DNA of 64,000 nt from Octopus sinensis (Eukaryota). This document shows positions 62,516 through 64,000 of this stretch, piece by piece; within the stretch, counting starts at the first letter, position 1; each line of letters starts with the position of its first letter. Position numbers and translations under genes: made by a program. Under the pieces are notes generated by a model. It saw only the letters and a program-made list of their open reading frames with translations. It searched no databases and was not told the origin of the DNA. Where the stretch lies: assembly GCF_006345805.1 (NCBI RefSeq), contig NW_021836148.1:62001-126000 (forward strand), read 5' to 3'.

Positions 62516-64000
62516 AGTCATAGTATTATCTTAGTTATTTAAAAGCACACGTTTATTTCTGACTGGTGCTATCTACTATAAAACGTCAAAACTTTCGTCA
62601 CAGGAATGTAAAATCGCTCACACTAAATTGGACAACTGCCCGTAAAAGAATTACCTTATATATCAAAATGACTAGCTTTAACATGAATGAAATTACTAAA
62701 AGAGTAACATAGAAACAGAATAGAGTGAAAACCACTGAGGCTTATAAAATCTGGCCAGTAAATGATTTTCAACAGATGTAGAGAAACAGTGTCGGAAAAT
62801 ATGTCGCAGGAAGTGTTCTTAGATGGTTAAAACAATTATCCGTCCATATTTTGCATAAAACATTCTTGGATATATTTATTCCCATTCATTTTATTAGTTC
62901 TTATTATAGCTTCCTCTCTTATATTTCACAAGCCAAGGCAACCCATAAAAGTTTCTGTATAATCGTCGACCAGGTGGCGATTACGGAACATTTTTCGTTA
63001 AGCTCAATGACTTATTATTAGTTTTTTTATATATATATATTTTTTTACTGCGTAATTATATTTGCACATATTTTTATTGTTAGGCAGACGTATGTCTAAA
63101 CTGATTTTTGCAGGTTTCTAAGATGTATGAAGCTTTTGAGATTGTCCTTACTGTTAATTTTACTTTTCTGACATCAGAAAATATTAGCTGTATCTTTTAC
63201 TTTTTATATATGTATTTCTTGCAATACTAAATTGATAGACAACGAATAAAACGGAAGCAATTCTAATGTCTCTTATTCAGCAAGAGCTCCGGGGAAGGCA
63301 ACATTTACATATTATTTTTATTATTATAAATTTTTTATTATAACTTGACTCAAAAACAAACATTAATACATATGTGTGTATGTGTGTGTGAGTGTACATA
63401 TATGCTGTGTGTGTGTGTTCATATATATTCATAAATGTATGTTTCTACAAACACATAAATGTTCACACATTTATATATGCATGTGTGTGTGTGGTTGTGC
63501 ATATACACATGTATACATATAGACATATGCATTTATTTAAATATAGCAACGTACCAATATTAAGAGGTAAGCAAACACAGATATTGATATGAAGTTTAGA
63601 TAAACGGAGTGAGAAAACCAAATGAGGTAAATTCTTCTATGCACAAATATTTATTCGTCTTCACCGATATATAGATTTTAATGTATATAAATAAAAACAG
63701 ACACAGATCCATGTCCATATCCATAAAAACCTATCAGAAATTATTTCGAAAAAAGTTGTCTGTTGACCCTCCAATTAAGACCTCTGATTATCTTAAACAT
63801 ACCAAAATAACCTTGTATAGAAAGCAAGGTATGATTGACTGCTTCATGTTGTAGAGTTCACATAAAGAAATTTTTACATATGCCTTCATTCTGTAACACA
63901 GCTTAAATAAATTTTGAAAATATCAGTGGTGCCACTAGCAAGCAGAATAAGCTGGAACATAAAACTTTCTGATTTTCGAATATTTTGCTGGAGTTTGATG

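Overview
Eukaryotic, AT-rich window saturated with microsatellites and repeats, most likely from an Octopus (coleoid cephalopod) genome. That assignment is inferred from the tRNA-derived SINE families, the RTE tails and the TTAGGG-type repeats. I cannot confidently support any host protein-coding gene. Almost all ORFs in the track are microsatellite artefacts or transposon fragments. Recognisable content: (1) many copies of at least four tRNA-derived SINE families, labelled A, B, C and E here because I cannot assign published names; (2) 5'-truncated RTE, BovB-like RTE, CR1-group and R4/Dong-like (REL endonuclease) LINEs; (3) Penelope-like elements (PLEs) with GIY-YIG remnants and inverted or tandem termini; (4) a full-length but frameshifted DD34D mariner, a Tc1/TRT-like remnant, non-autonomous Helitrons and several MITEs. 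The most notable signal is four sequence-unrelated minimal type-I hammerhead-ribozyme-like motifs (27.6/27.9, 49.0, 51.8 and 53.6 kb), three of them in tandem or inverted repeats. One lies in a spacer-less 352-bp palindrome that puts a ribozyme on each strand, and two have non-canonical core bases. Also notable: an 818-bp GG...CC foldback element with an exact 8-bp TSD and internal telomeric repeats, recurrent head-skipping SINE multimers, and a sharp CpG-depleted to CpG-retained transition near 43 kb. Coordinates of degenerate repeats are approximate (about +/-10-20 bp). All calls were made by eye; no searches were run.
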